A DNA stretch of 54,751 bases from a virus: IMG/VR virus record IMGVR_UViG_3300045988_180405; one strand, given 5' to 3'. The notes beneath the pieces are model-generated. The model saw nothing but the letters and a program-made list of their open reading frames with translations. It did not search any database and was not told where the DNA came from. Positions 7,803 to 15,295 of this stretch are shown in pieces. The translations under genes were made by a program, and so were the position numbers. The stretch's first letter is position 1. Every line of letters begins with the position of its first letter.

Positions 7803-8051
7803 TTTGTTACTTTTTTGTTACTATCTCTAAAAAACCACAATATATTGTTGCCATTCTCATAAAATCATCCATATATTGTATGATTTGAGTTCCCGTTGCC
7901 CGCTCCAATAGGGCTATACTACAAGATGTTGTGGTATAGCTCTATTTTTATGCTGTATATTGTGTTTTGCCACTATTTATCTTTTTCCAGAAATTTCCAT
8001 TATGAATTGCTATGAAACACATTTCTGCAATTTGTTACCACGATTTGTTAC
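7803..8051. other. Putative attP: tRNA 3-prime-end-like core (7887-7907) flanked by two pairs of TTTGTTAC arm-type repeats
   Basis: GAGTTCCCGTTGCCCGCTCCA looks like T-arm 3-prime strand + acceptor 3-prime strand + discriminator + CCA. TTTGTTAC occurs at 7803, 7814, 8031 and 8044, all in the same orientation. Lies directly downstream of int. Confidence 0.5.
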
Positions 8052-8519
8052 TAATTTTTTTTATGATTCCCTTGAACCGTTTTAAGGAACGAGAGGGCTT
8101 GAAGGGCTGCTGATAGGGCGGATGCGTCCGGCTCGCCCCTTTGCAGTCGGAAAATACCCCCTATCCCGCGCATGTGCTAATATAATTGCCAATTATCAAA
8201 GCATATAGCGCCGCTTTCGGGCTGTTTTTGCGTCCTCGGCTGTCGGCTTGTCTGCTTTGCTATTGTTAGTTGCTTTTTGCCTGTCTCGGGTTTTGTCGCG
8301 TCCTCGGCTGTAACGTGCCATTATATGCACGTGTGGCGCACCCGGAGGAATAACGCGCGCATGAAATCAGCTCTTTTCTCCTTTTCCCCTTCCCTCCCTC
8401 TCTGCCTCTCTCCTTGCGTCCTCCTCTCTTGCGCTGTGCCGTGCTGTGGCTGTGGCTCTCGGTGAGCTTGTGCGGCTCGGTGCTCGGCTGTGTGCTTTTT
8501 TCTTTTTATTTATTTTTCT

Positions 8520-8720
8520 TTTTTATCGTAGTATAATAATATCCGATGATATAATATTTATTATTATATAATATATATCTCAGATAAAATATAATATTTG
8601 ATAGTAATATAATTTATGAGATGTAAATATAATATCTAATCTTGATATAATTTATATAATGGCATATAGTATATTAAGCGAAATATAATATACTACTGCA
8701 ATATAAATAATAATAGCGCA
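8520..8720. repeat. AT-rich island with about 10 degenerate ATATAAT(A/T)T repeats spaced about 18-20 bp apart
   Basis: For example GATGATATAATATTT, AAAATATAATATTTG, GTAATATAATTT, TAAATATAATATCT, TTGATATAATTT and AAATATAATATAC. No ORF is present. The flanks are GC-rich and strand-skewed. Confidence 0.6.
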
Positions 8721-8990
8721 AAAAGACCGCCGACAGAAGCGGAGACAATGCGCCCGAGGCAAAAAGACGGCTCGCAGCTTGTGAGCGTGTGCGGCTGGCT
8801 TATGCGGTTCGGGGTGTGGCTCTCCGGCATTTGTGGCGGTTTTGCTTTTTTGTGTGTTTTGCGTTTGGTTGCGCTCCGGCTCTGGTCTGGTCTCGCGTGC
8901 GTTGCCTTGCATCTCGTCGCCTGATTTGCTCCATTGCGTGCGCGTGTGCTTTTTTTGCCCTTTGACGGGGGCGACGGTGCACGCGCTTTT

Positions 8991-9254
8991 TTATGTTCCG
9001 GCGGGCTTGTGAGCGTGTGCGAGGGCTTCCAGCTCTGCCGCCTGTTGCGCGTCAAGCCTTGCGGCGTCTCGCTCCATTGCCTCAGCTATTGCACGGTTAA
9101 CGAATGCGTTGACGCTTGCATCGCCGCATCTCGCCGCATGGGCTTTGATTTTGTCCTTTTGGTTTTTGGGCAATAAGACCGTTAAGCGATAATAATTTTC
9201 TTGTGCCCACTGATAATTATATTTTGACTGATTAAATTTTTCCTTTTCTTCCAT
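8991..9254 (-). CDS. Ribbon-helix-helix (Arc/CopG-like) DNA-binding protein
   Basis: The segment YRLTVLLPKNQKDKIKAHAARCGDASVNAFVNRAIAEAME has a beta-strand + two-helix pattern. GGAGGAA SD. It is divergent from the 9.4-kb promoter. Confidence 0.75.
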   Translation of the reverse strand: MEEKEKFNQSKYNYQWAQENYYRLTVLLPKNQKDKIKAHAARCGDASVNAFVNRAIAEAMERDAARLDAQQAAELEALAHAHKPAGT

Positions 9255-9384
9255 TTTTTCCTCCGGCTTGCTTTTACTTTATTTTATTATAACATGCGCG
9301 GCGTTTTGTTAGCTATATGCAAAATCAACAAAAATAATATAAAAACTTTGTGCAACATTTTGAAAAGTTTCTTGCGGATTGTGC

Positions 9385-9413
9385 TTGACATCATCCGCAT
9401 TATGTGCTATAAT
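9385..9413 (+). promoter_or_regulatory. Consensus sigmaA promoter TTGACA-N17-TGcTATAAT
   Basis: TTGACA at 9385-9390 and TATAAT at 9408-9413, preceded by the extended -10 TGc. Lies 66 nt upstream of ATG 9479. Confidence 0.7.
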
Positions 9414-9478
9414 AAACGCGTAAGGCAAACCAGATGCCAAAAACAAAAAAAGCGCCGTGAGGCATGGAGGATTTAAAA

Positions 9479-11212
9479 ATGGAATACACAATCACAAAAA
9501 ACGCAAATTTTAATAGTTTTGAGATTACATTTGACGGCATCCCGTCGGCAGCAGTCCGCGCAGCTATCCGCAATTTGAGATACAGATGGAACGCCGCAAA
9601 AAAACTTTGGTACGGTTTCGCCGATGAGGAGACCACGCGCGAAGCGATAGACAACGCCGACAAAACAGACGCACCCGCAAAGCCTGCAACGGATGCAAAG
9701 GCAAGCAAGCCACGCGCCGCCTCCCTTTGGGAGCGCACGAGAACGGACAAGCTCCCCGCATACGGAACAGACAACGAAATCAAAACGGCAATAAAAGAGC
9801 TTGCGCGGGCTAAAAATTGGGGCTATGACAGAGCCGCGGCGGCATACTTCCGCGAGCATCTGAAAAAACAATTCCCGGAGGTCAAATTTTCCATTACCTC
9901 CGGCGGCGCGGGCTGGCTCGATAAGTGCAGCATCCGCATAATTGCATCACCCTATGCGCGCGTACTTGTCAAAGGAAATCCCGATGCGACGAGTTGGCGC
10001 GACCTATGCGACCATTGCGAAAACGGAGAACAGCTCGAAGCGATATATCAATATTGTGAAAAGCTTTTTAACGCAGCCGATGCCGACGATGGCGATGTTT
10101 ACGCCGATTACGGCGCGCACCATGTTTTATATGGCGGCGTTACCGTATCGGGCGAATACAGTCAGACCAAAGCAACAGACGAGCAGAACAGCGACGCGGC
10201 GGATTTCTCCCGCCGTGCCGCAGAGCAGAAAGAAAAAGACGAAGCCGCACGCCGCACAGAATGGGAAGAGCGCGAGAAACAGCGCAAAATTGACGCAGAA
10301 AACGCCGCAAAAGAAGCAGCCGAGACGGAAAAAAAAATTGACGCGATAGAAAAGCATGTTGAAATTGTGGAGCTTGCCGAGGATGCCGCAATCATGATTG
10401 ACGGGCTAAAAACAGGCATCGGAAAAGAAAGCAATATTTCCGAAGTCCGCGAATCAATAGACGAGCGCGAAAGCAATAAAACAGAATCGGCGCGGATTAC
10501 TCGGAAAGTCATTTTTACAGATGCGGCAATTTTCAACGATTTTTGCGGGCTGTTCCTTTGTGATTTTTCATTCCTCGCCGGAATGGGCGGGACGGCTACC
10601 AGTGACGAGCGCGTCACAAATGACAACTTTTTCAAACTCAACAGAGAGCAGCGCGAAAGCGTAGAATTTTACATGAATAATTGCGTAGCCGTTTATCTCG
10701 GCGATGTCCTGCAATTTGTCATTGACCCCGAAGGATTCGACTATGCGCGATATGTTTGCATTCCCTCCGAGGCTTCCGCGGCGGAAGCCTTCGGGGACTA
10801 CGAAGCTAAACAGACCGAGAACGCAAACCTCGAAGAGGGCGACCCCGTCACGGTTTTATATTATTCCGATTTGTGCGTAGTCTCCGACTATCGCGGAACG
10901 CTCAAAAGTATTTGCCCGTGCCCATATGTGCCGTACCGCGATGCCGCGCTGCTCCACATGACCGTTGACGGCGAGCGCAAAGGGCATCCCGGGTTAGAGC
11001 TTATCATCAAAGACGGAAACGCCGCTATATATCGCGGAAAACTGCCGCCCATCCCCGAAAGCCTGAAGCGCGATATAGTCAACTTCCGAGGCGGCGTAAC
11101 AACATATATCGCGCGGAATTGCGGAAGCACCGCCCGCGAATATATGCGGGATGTCATAGAGTTTTACGCCGAAAAGGGATTTACGCCGGTAATAGACACG
11201 ATACAGAGGTAA
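9479..11212 (+). CDS. Large hypothetical protein (577 aa) with an N-terminal domain of the kind seen in ICE/plasmid polyvalent proteins and a central acidic coiled coil
   Basis: GGAGG lies 8 nt upstream of ATG 9479. The N-terminus NFNSFEITFDGIPSAAVRAAIRNLRYRWNAAKKLWYG resembles a small domain recurrent in Firmicutes conjugative-element proteins; this is recalled from memory, not searched. Confidence 0.75.
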   Translation: MEYTITKNANFNSFEITFDGIPSAAVRAAIRNLRYRWNAAKKLWYGFADEETTREAIDNADKTDAPAKPATDAKASKPRAASLWERTRTDKLPAYGTDNEIKTAIKELARAKNWGYDRAAAAYFREHLKKQFPEVKFSITSGGAGWLDKCSIRIIASPYARVLVKGNPDATSWRDLCDHCENGEQLEAIYQYCEKLFNAADADDGDVYADYGAHHVLYGGVTVSGEYSQTKATDEQNSDAADFSRRAAEQKEKDEAARRTEWEEREKQRKIDAENAAKEAAETEKKIDAIEKHVEIVELAEDAAIMIDGLKTGIGKESNISEVRESIDERESNKTESARITRKVIFTDAAIFNDFCGLFLCDFSFLAGMGGTATSDERVTNDNFFKLNREQRESVEFYMNNCVAVYLGDVLQFVIDPEGFDYARYVCIPSEASAAEAFGDYEAKQTENANLEEGDPVTVLYYSDLCVVSDYRGTLKSICPCPYVPYRDAALLHMTVDGERKGHPGLELIIKDGNAAIYRGKLPPIPESLKRDIVNFRGGVTTYIARNCGSTAREYMRDVIEFYAEKGFTPVIDTIQR

Positions 11213-11270
11213 ACAGACCACTATATAAAGCCTGCCGCCCTGAATGGCGGCAGGCGGAGAGGATGAAGAG

Positions 11271-11429
11271 ATGAAAAACGATTGCAGGCGATGCAAGCAC
11301 TTTTACAGAGTGATGGCGACGGAAAGCGGCTATAATCCATTCCCGAGCTGCCAGCGATACGCCGACACAGGCAAACACCCGAATATAATTACCCGCGAAT
11401 GCTTCGAGAAGAGGAGGAAAACAAGATGA
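11271..11429 (+). CDS. Small Cys-containing protein (52 aa)
   Basis: MKNDCRRCKHFYRV... The purine-rich GGAGAGGATGAAGAG lies upstream, within the operon. Confidence 0.55.
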   Translation: MKNDCRRCKHFYRVMATESGYNPFPSCQRYADTGKHPNIITRECFEKRRKTR

Positions 11430-11551
11430 AAAAAATTATAAATATCATTGCTTCCGTGCTTTTGCTCCTGCTCATGGGCGTAAACAGCGAAGCCGAGAAA
11501 AACGGCATAATCAAAAGGCGAGGAGGCGAAACGGATGAAAATCAATTTTGA
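11426..11551 (+). CDS. 41-aa peptide with an N-terminal signal/TM segment (not in the supplied ORF track)
   Basis: Read by hand as MKKIINIIASVLLLLLMGVNSEAEKNGIIKRRGGETDENQF. GAGGAGGA lies 8 nt upstream. ATGA overlap with the upstream stop. Confidence 0.45.
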   Translation: MKKIINIIASVLLLLLMGVNSEAEKNGIIKRRGGETDENQF

Positions 11552-11948
11552 CAGGGCAACGAAGCGCAGATACAGCATCGAGACCGTCGCGCCGAATCGC
11601 TTTTATCTGACATTTGCAGAGCGCAACAGCCGCGGCGAGCAAATAACGATAGGCTTTACAGCGTGCAAAACGCACCCCGAGAGCCGCGCGGATTTGGCGG
11701 CGGCATGGCACAGAGCCGGAATCACGCCCGCCCCGCTCGCGTCGTATTGGAGCGTTGAGACATACGCCACGGATGAAGAAGGTTTTTGTCATGGCTACTA
11801 CAATCCCCAGCATAAATTAGGCGGCGACGCAAAAGCCCCCGCAAGGCTGATAAACTTTGATTTCATGCTCCCAGCCACTAAACAGAGCGCGGCGAAAATT
11901 CTGCGCGAAGTCGAGCGCAGAGCGTTCAAAACTTATCAGCGCATCTAA
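11535..11948 (+). CDS. Hypothetical protein (137 aa)
   Basis: GGAGG SD and ordinary amino-acid composition, within the operon. Confidence 0.7.
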   Translation: MKINFDRATKRRYSIETVAPNRFYLTFAERNSRGEQITIGFTACKTHPESRADLAAAWHRAGITPAPLASYWSVETYATDEEGFCHGYYNPQHKLGGDAKAPARLINFDFMLPATKQSAAKILREVERRAFKTYQRI

Positions 11949-12008
11949 ACAGCGAGCGCGGAAAATTCTGCATGGCTTTCCCGCTCGGCGCAGTAGGAGG
12001 AATTAAGG

Positions 12009-12956
12009 ATGAATAAACAGCAATACATATCGGCGGCGGAAAGGTATCTTTCCGCCCTGCCGTCCACAAACAAAAGCGCGGTAACGGTATCAAGCTACCG
12101 CATGATTTTAGATAAGTTTGCCGCCTATATGGATTCCTGCGGCATGGCGGAAGGCGCGGAAATAAGCCTTGACACCGTGATAGGATGGCGCGAGAGCCTC
12201 GCCGAGAGCGCGGCGATAAATACGGTGCGGCATTACATGATGGTTTTACACGGCTTTTTCACGTGGGCAAAAAAAGTAAGGCTTGCCGGCGAAAATCCCG
12301 TTGATTTGGATGAAGTGCCTAAACAGCGCGAAATAGAATATCAGCTTCTCACGCTCGGCGAAATCGAGAGGCTTTTATCTTCCGATGCGCCGTCGGAGAT
12401 AAACAGAAAAACAGCCCTGCGCAACCGTGCAATGATAGTTATGCTTATACAGACGGGGATGCGGAATGCGGAGCTGCGCAGCCTGCGACTGTCGGATGTC
12501 GACTTCGAGCGGCGCACAATCACCCTGAAAAACGGCAAAGGCGGAAAATCCAGAACAGTACCGTTTCCCGAGCTTTCGCGCATAGCCGTCACGGATTATC
12601 TTAACAGCGAGGTGCGCCCTATGTGGTGCACGGAAAATGATTTGCTTTTCGGCTCTGATGCCGACGAAAACGGCAAGACGACAAACGGTGCCGCATGGCA
12701 CGAATTTTCGAGCATAGGACTTTTACAGATGGTAAACAGATATATCGAAAAAGTAACAGGGCGAAAAGGAATAGGCGTTCACGCCCTGCGTCATGCGGCG
12801 GCTTCGCTGTGGGACGAAAAGGGCGTGCCTATGCGTGACATACAAAATGCGCTCGGTCACAATGACATACGCACCACGCAACAGATTTATGTGAGCGTGC
12901 TCAATAAGTCAAAATCCGCCGAGCGGATAAACGCCGTGTTTGACGAGATGGCATAA
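12009..12956 (+). CDS. Second tyrosine recombinase, XerC/XerD-like
   Basis: N-terminal core-binding (SAM-like) region. Signature TGMRNAEL ... HALRHAAAS ... GHNDIRTTQQIY. AGGAGG SD. Confidence 0.9.
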   Translation: MNKQQYISAAERYLSALPSTNKSAVTVSSYRMILDKFAAYMDSCGMAEGAEISLDTVIGWRESLAESAAINTVRHYMMVLHGFFTWAKKVRLAGENPVDLDEVPKQREIEYQLLTLGEIERLLSSDAPSEINRKTALRNRAMIVMLIQTGMRNAELRSLRLSDVDFERRTITLKNGKGGKSRTVPFPELSRIAVTDYLNSEVRPMWCTENDLLFGSDADENGKTTNGAAWHEFSSIGLLQMVNRYIEKVTGRKGIGVHALRHAAASLWDEKGVPMRDIQNALGHNDIRTTQQIYVSVLNKSKSAERINAVFDEMA

Positions 12957-13014
12957 GAAAAAGCGGGAACGCCATCGCAAAGAGCTTGTTTTTGCAAAAA
13001 ATGCAAAAAAGCTA

Positions 13015-13043
13015 TTGGCAAAGCACCGAAACGGTGCTATAAT
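13015..13043 (+). promoter_or_regulatory. Internal sigmaA promoter TTGGCA-N17-TGcTATAAT
   Basis: TTGGCA at 13015-13020 and TATAAT at 13038-13043. It has the same GTGCTATAATAA -10 context as the 9.4-kb promoter and is preceded by an A/T-rich palindrome TTTTTGCA..TGCAAAAA. Confidence 0.6.
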
Positions 13044-13088
13044 AAGAGCATAAACAGAAAACGCCGAAAAGGCGAGGAGGAAAAGAAA

Positions 13089-13574
13089 ATGGCAAAAGCA
13101 AAAGCAAAATGCATATGTGCCACATGCGGGAAGGAATTTGTCGTTGAAAAAAACTGCTTTAATCGTGTGGATGCGAATAATTTTGAAAGTTATGCCGCCG
13201 AGCATTATGACGAGTGCAAAGACTGCTACTTGTCGCGCATAAAAGCCGCGGCAGAAAAGCGCGCAAACGCCCTTATCGAAAAATACAATTTGCCGCTGGT
13301 CACGGGCGTATCGGAAAAACAAATTGCATATGCGAACAATTTGCGCAGAGATTTTTTAAACAGTTGCACCGAGAAAAAATTTGAATTTGCCGCGACGGCG
13401 GACAGTCTTTTAGCCGATAGGCAAGAGACATTGCAGGCTTTGGCAGACGAACATTGCGGCGGAAATATCGAGGAGGCAAAAATTCGCAGCCTTGAAGCAT
13501 ACGGACTTTTGAAATACTATGCATTACTGCACGAATCGAACGCAGGAAAAATAATCGAATTACTAAAAGACTAA
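13089..13574 (+). CDS. Hypothetical protein with an N-terminal zinc-ribbon-like CxxC...CxxC
   Basis: GAGGAGGAAAAG SD. CICATCGKEF...ECKDCY. Confidence 0.7.
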   Translation: MAKAKAKCICATCGKEFVVEKNCFNRVDANNFESYAAEHYDECKDCYLSRIKAAAEKRANALIEKYNLPLVTGVSEKQIAYANNLRRDFLNSCTEKKFEFAATADSLLADRQETLQALADEHCGGNIEEAKIRSLEAYGLLKYYALLHESNAGKIIELLKD

Positions 13575-13600
13575 AAGCAAATGCAAGAGGAGGAAAAGAA

Positions 13601-13930
13601 ATGGAGAAGCAGAAAATAAAATTGTACGAAACAATGGAAACAGGCGAGAATTTGTCTTGGTGCCGTCCGTATATCTCACGCGATGGGACTTGCGCAATGG
13701 TTATCAACGAGGGAAAAATCATTAACATTATGATAAATGGCAAAGATTTTCCGAACCCGAGTTGGGAACAAATTGCCTCATTGGCTGCACGGCTTAGCCC
13801 TGATGATGTCAACCCAGATGCAGATGATAATGAGCTTGCAGAAATTTTGTGCGATGTCATGCGCGAAGTCGGCTGCGCTGATTGTCCCTACCGCGACGAG
13901 TGCGAATGTATGGATGAACTGCCGTCATGA
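13601..13930 (+). CDS. Hypothetical protein (109 aa)
   Basis: GAGGAGGAAAAG SD, within the operon. Confidence 0.7.
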   Translation: MEKQKIKLYETMETGENLSWCRPYISRDGTCAMVINEGKIINIMINGKDFPNPSWEQIASLAARLSPDDVNPDADDNELAEILCDVMREVGCADCPYRDECECMDELPS

Positions 13931-14262
13931 AATTATCAGAGGTCACAAGATTATTAGCGGCAGCTCGGGAGTGCAACACGCTCGAAGGCTACATTGGCGA
14001 GTGCGGCGGCTCGCTGCCGGACGACAGCTATTACGAGGATGACGGTGCGAGTAAAGCCGTCGAGGTTTTAACGGTGCTGTATGAGTGTCGCGACGGAATA
14101 AGCATAAACACATTGCTCCGGCTGTACGGTGGCAGCATAGCCGATTTTTACCGCGAGTACGGCATCCCGCGGCGCACGATGCAAAACTGGTTGACAGAGA
14201 CAAACAATCACTCCGACCCGCCGCAGTACCTTATGCGGCTTATCCTTGCCGATTTGATATAA
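13927..14262 (+). CDS. Hypothetical protein, possible C-terminal HTH (YGIPRRTMQNWLTE)
   Basis: ATGA overlap with the upstream gene. Last gene before the terminator. Confidence 0.65.
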   Translation: MKLSEVTRLLAAARECNTLEGYIGECGGSLPDDSYYEDDGASKAVEVLTVLYECRDGISINTLLRLYGGSIADFYREYGIPRRTMQNWLTETNNHSDPPQYLMRLILADLI

Positions 14263-14265
14263 TTA

Positions 14266-14296
14266 CAAAAAACAGCCCGCAAAGGCTGTTTTTTTG
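14266..14296. terminator. Bidirectional rho-independent terminator
   Basis: AACAGCC-cgcaaa-GGCTGTT stem-loop flanked by an A-run and a T-run, between the convergent accessory and late operons. Confidence 0.75.
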
Positions 14297-14461
14297 TTTG
14301 TAATCTTTATTTCCGGTCGTTGCGCGTTGCGTGCTGCTCTTTGTGATATGCCTGTGTGAACCTCTATGCGGCTGGTACGGCGCGTTTCGCGTTTTTCGGG
14401 TAAACTTATATGTAAACGCACAAATCGCCGCACAGCCCCGCATTTTAAGCCGCAGGGCGCA

Positions 14462-14788
14462 TTACCGCAAAAGCGCCATCAACGCGCCGACTATCGCGGT
14501 CACCGCCACGGTTACGGCGGCACTTGCGGCGGCTATTTTGATTTTGTCCCAAAGCACAAGAGGCTTGCTCTCTATAGCGTCCAGCCTGTCATCATGGTCG
14601 GCTACGATAGCGGCGGTCTTTTCCGCATTGTCGTTTGTCCGTTTCAGCTCTCCGCAGAGCTCGGTTATAGCTATGTTCTGCTGATGTATCTCGGTAGCAA
14701 GTGATTCCAGCTGGTCGATGCGGTGCGTGTTTGATTTTGCGCGTTCCTCCACTTTTGCCATGCGCTCGGGCATTGTAAGCTCGCTCAT
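14462..14788 (-). CDS. XhlA-like lysis accessory protein (coiled coil + C-terminal TM)
   Basis: AAGGAG SD upstream of ATG 14788. Architecture like PBSX XhlA: long helix then IAAASAAVTVAVTAIVGALMALL. Confidence 0.5.
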   Translation of the reverse strand: MSELTMPERMAKVEERAKSNTHRIDQLESLATEIHQQNIAITELCGELKRTNDNAEKTAAIVADHDDRLDAIESKPLVLWDKIKIAAASAAVTVAVTAIVGALMALLR

Positions 14789-14810
14789 AAAAGAGTCTCC
14801 TTTGCTTTTT

Positions 14811-15185
14811 TTATTTGTTTTTGAGGTCATACAGGGATGATTCTATTTTGCCGATAAGCCATCGTTCGACATCGCCGAAGTTCTCCGCGATAAATTTCAT
14901 AAGCTCGTCCGAGAGCTGGTTTTTTATAGTGTCGAGTGCCATATCAAGAGCTTTTTTCTGCGCCTCTTTTGTCCATGCGTCGGTGCCTTTCAGCCCCTCA
15001 ACATACGACTGATATGTAGCCTTAACGCCGTTGAGCACAATCTGCGTGATATCTCTCATGTATTTAAGGGCTTTCGCATCCTTGATATGCGCCGTCAGAA
15101 AGGCGGAAAATTTGTTTCCGAGCCATGTAATAACGGCTGTGAGTATAATGCCGATGGTTGTAAATAAAATATCGTTCCAGTTCAT
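14811..15185 (-). CDS. Holin, LL-H-like (single N-terminal TM + long helical tail)
   Basis: ILFTTIGIILTAVITWLG followed by a charged helical region with TKEAQKKALDMALD. Position is at the end of the late operon. Confidence 0.55.
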   Translation of the reverse strand: MNWNDILFTTIGIILTAVITWLGNKFSAFLTAHIKDAKALKYMRDITQIVLNGVKATYQSYVEGLKGTDAWTKEAQKKALDMALDTIKNQLSDELMKFIAENFGDVERWLIGKIESSLYDLKNK

Positions 15186-15217
15186 AATTGTATCTCCTTA
15201 ATTTTAAATTTTTATTT

Positions 15218-15277
15218 TTACTTGCTGGTAATTTGCGGGTAACTTGCTGTGCCGAACACTTTATAATCGATTTTCAT
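15218..15277 (-). CDS. Tiny 19-aa ORF MKIDYKVFGTASYPQITSK with a strong SD (uncertain)
   Basis: AGGAGGT lies 4-10 nt upstream of ATG 15277, in the gap between the fibre and holin genes. Read by hand. Confidence 0.3.
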   Translation of the reverse strand: MKIDYKVFGTASYPQITSK

Positions 15278-15295
15278 ATTACCTCCTGTACACCT

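Noticed and set aside
7887-7907. A possible tRNA gene.
   Set aside because: Only a 3-prime T-arm/acceptor/CCA-like fragment is present. No D-arm, anticodon arm or 5-prime acceptor strand could be folded from the upstream sequence. It is interpreted instead as the attP core.
8520-8720. A dif/Xer target site for the second recombinase within the AT island.
   Set aside because: I could not find a 28-bp element resembling the Firmicutes dif layout (two 11-bp arms around a 6-bp spacer, TTATGTAAA-type XerD arm). The repeats are short ATATAAT-type boxes instead.
8277-9055. Low-complexity ORFs in the non-coding region: 8277-8465 (+), ending in a Cys/Pro/Ser-rich peptide MKSALFSFSPSLPLCLSPCVLLSCAVPCCGCGSR; and 8652-8912 and 8693-9055 (-), basic Pro/Lys/His-rich.
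   Set aside because: Their composition simply mirrors the CT-rich and GT-rich strand skew. SDs are weak or poorly spaced. One ORF overlaps the well-supported RHH gene in another frame. The RiPP/bacteriocin idea has no supporting maturation genes. They remain part of the unexplained region rather than gene calls.
15218-15277. An arbitrium-like (AimP) communication peptide.
   Set aside because: No AimR-like TPR receptor (~380 aa) or AimX-type locus is present. The ORF lies in the late lysis region rather than near the lysogeny switch, and it lacks a signal peptide.
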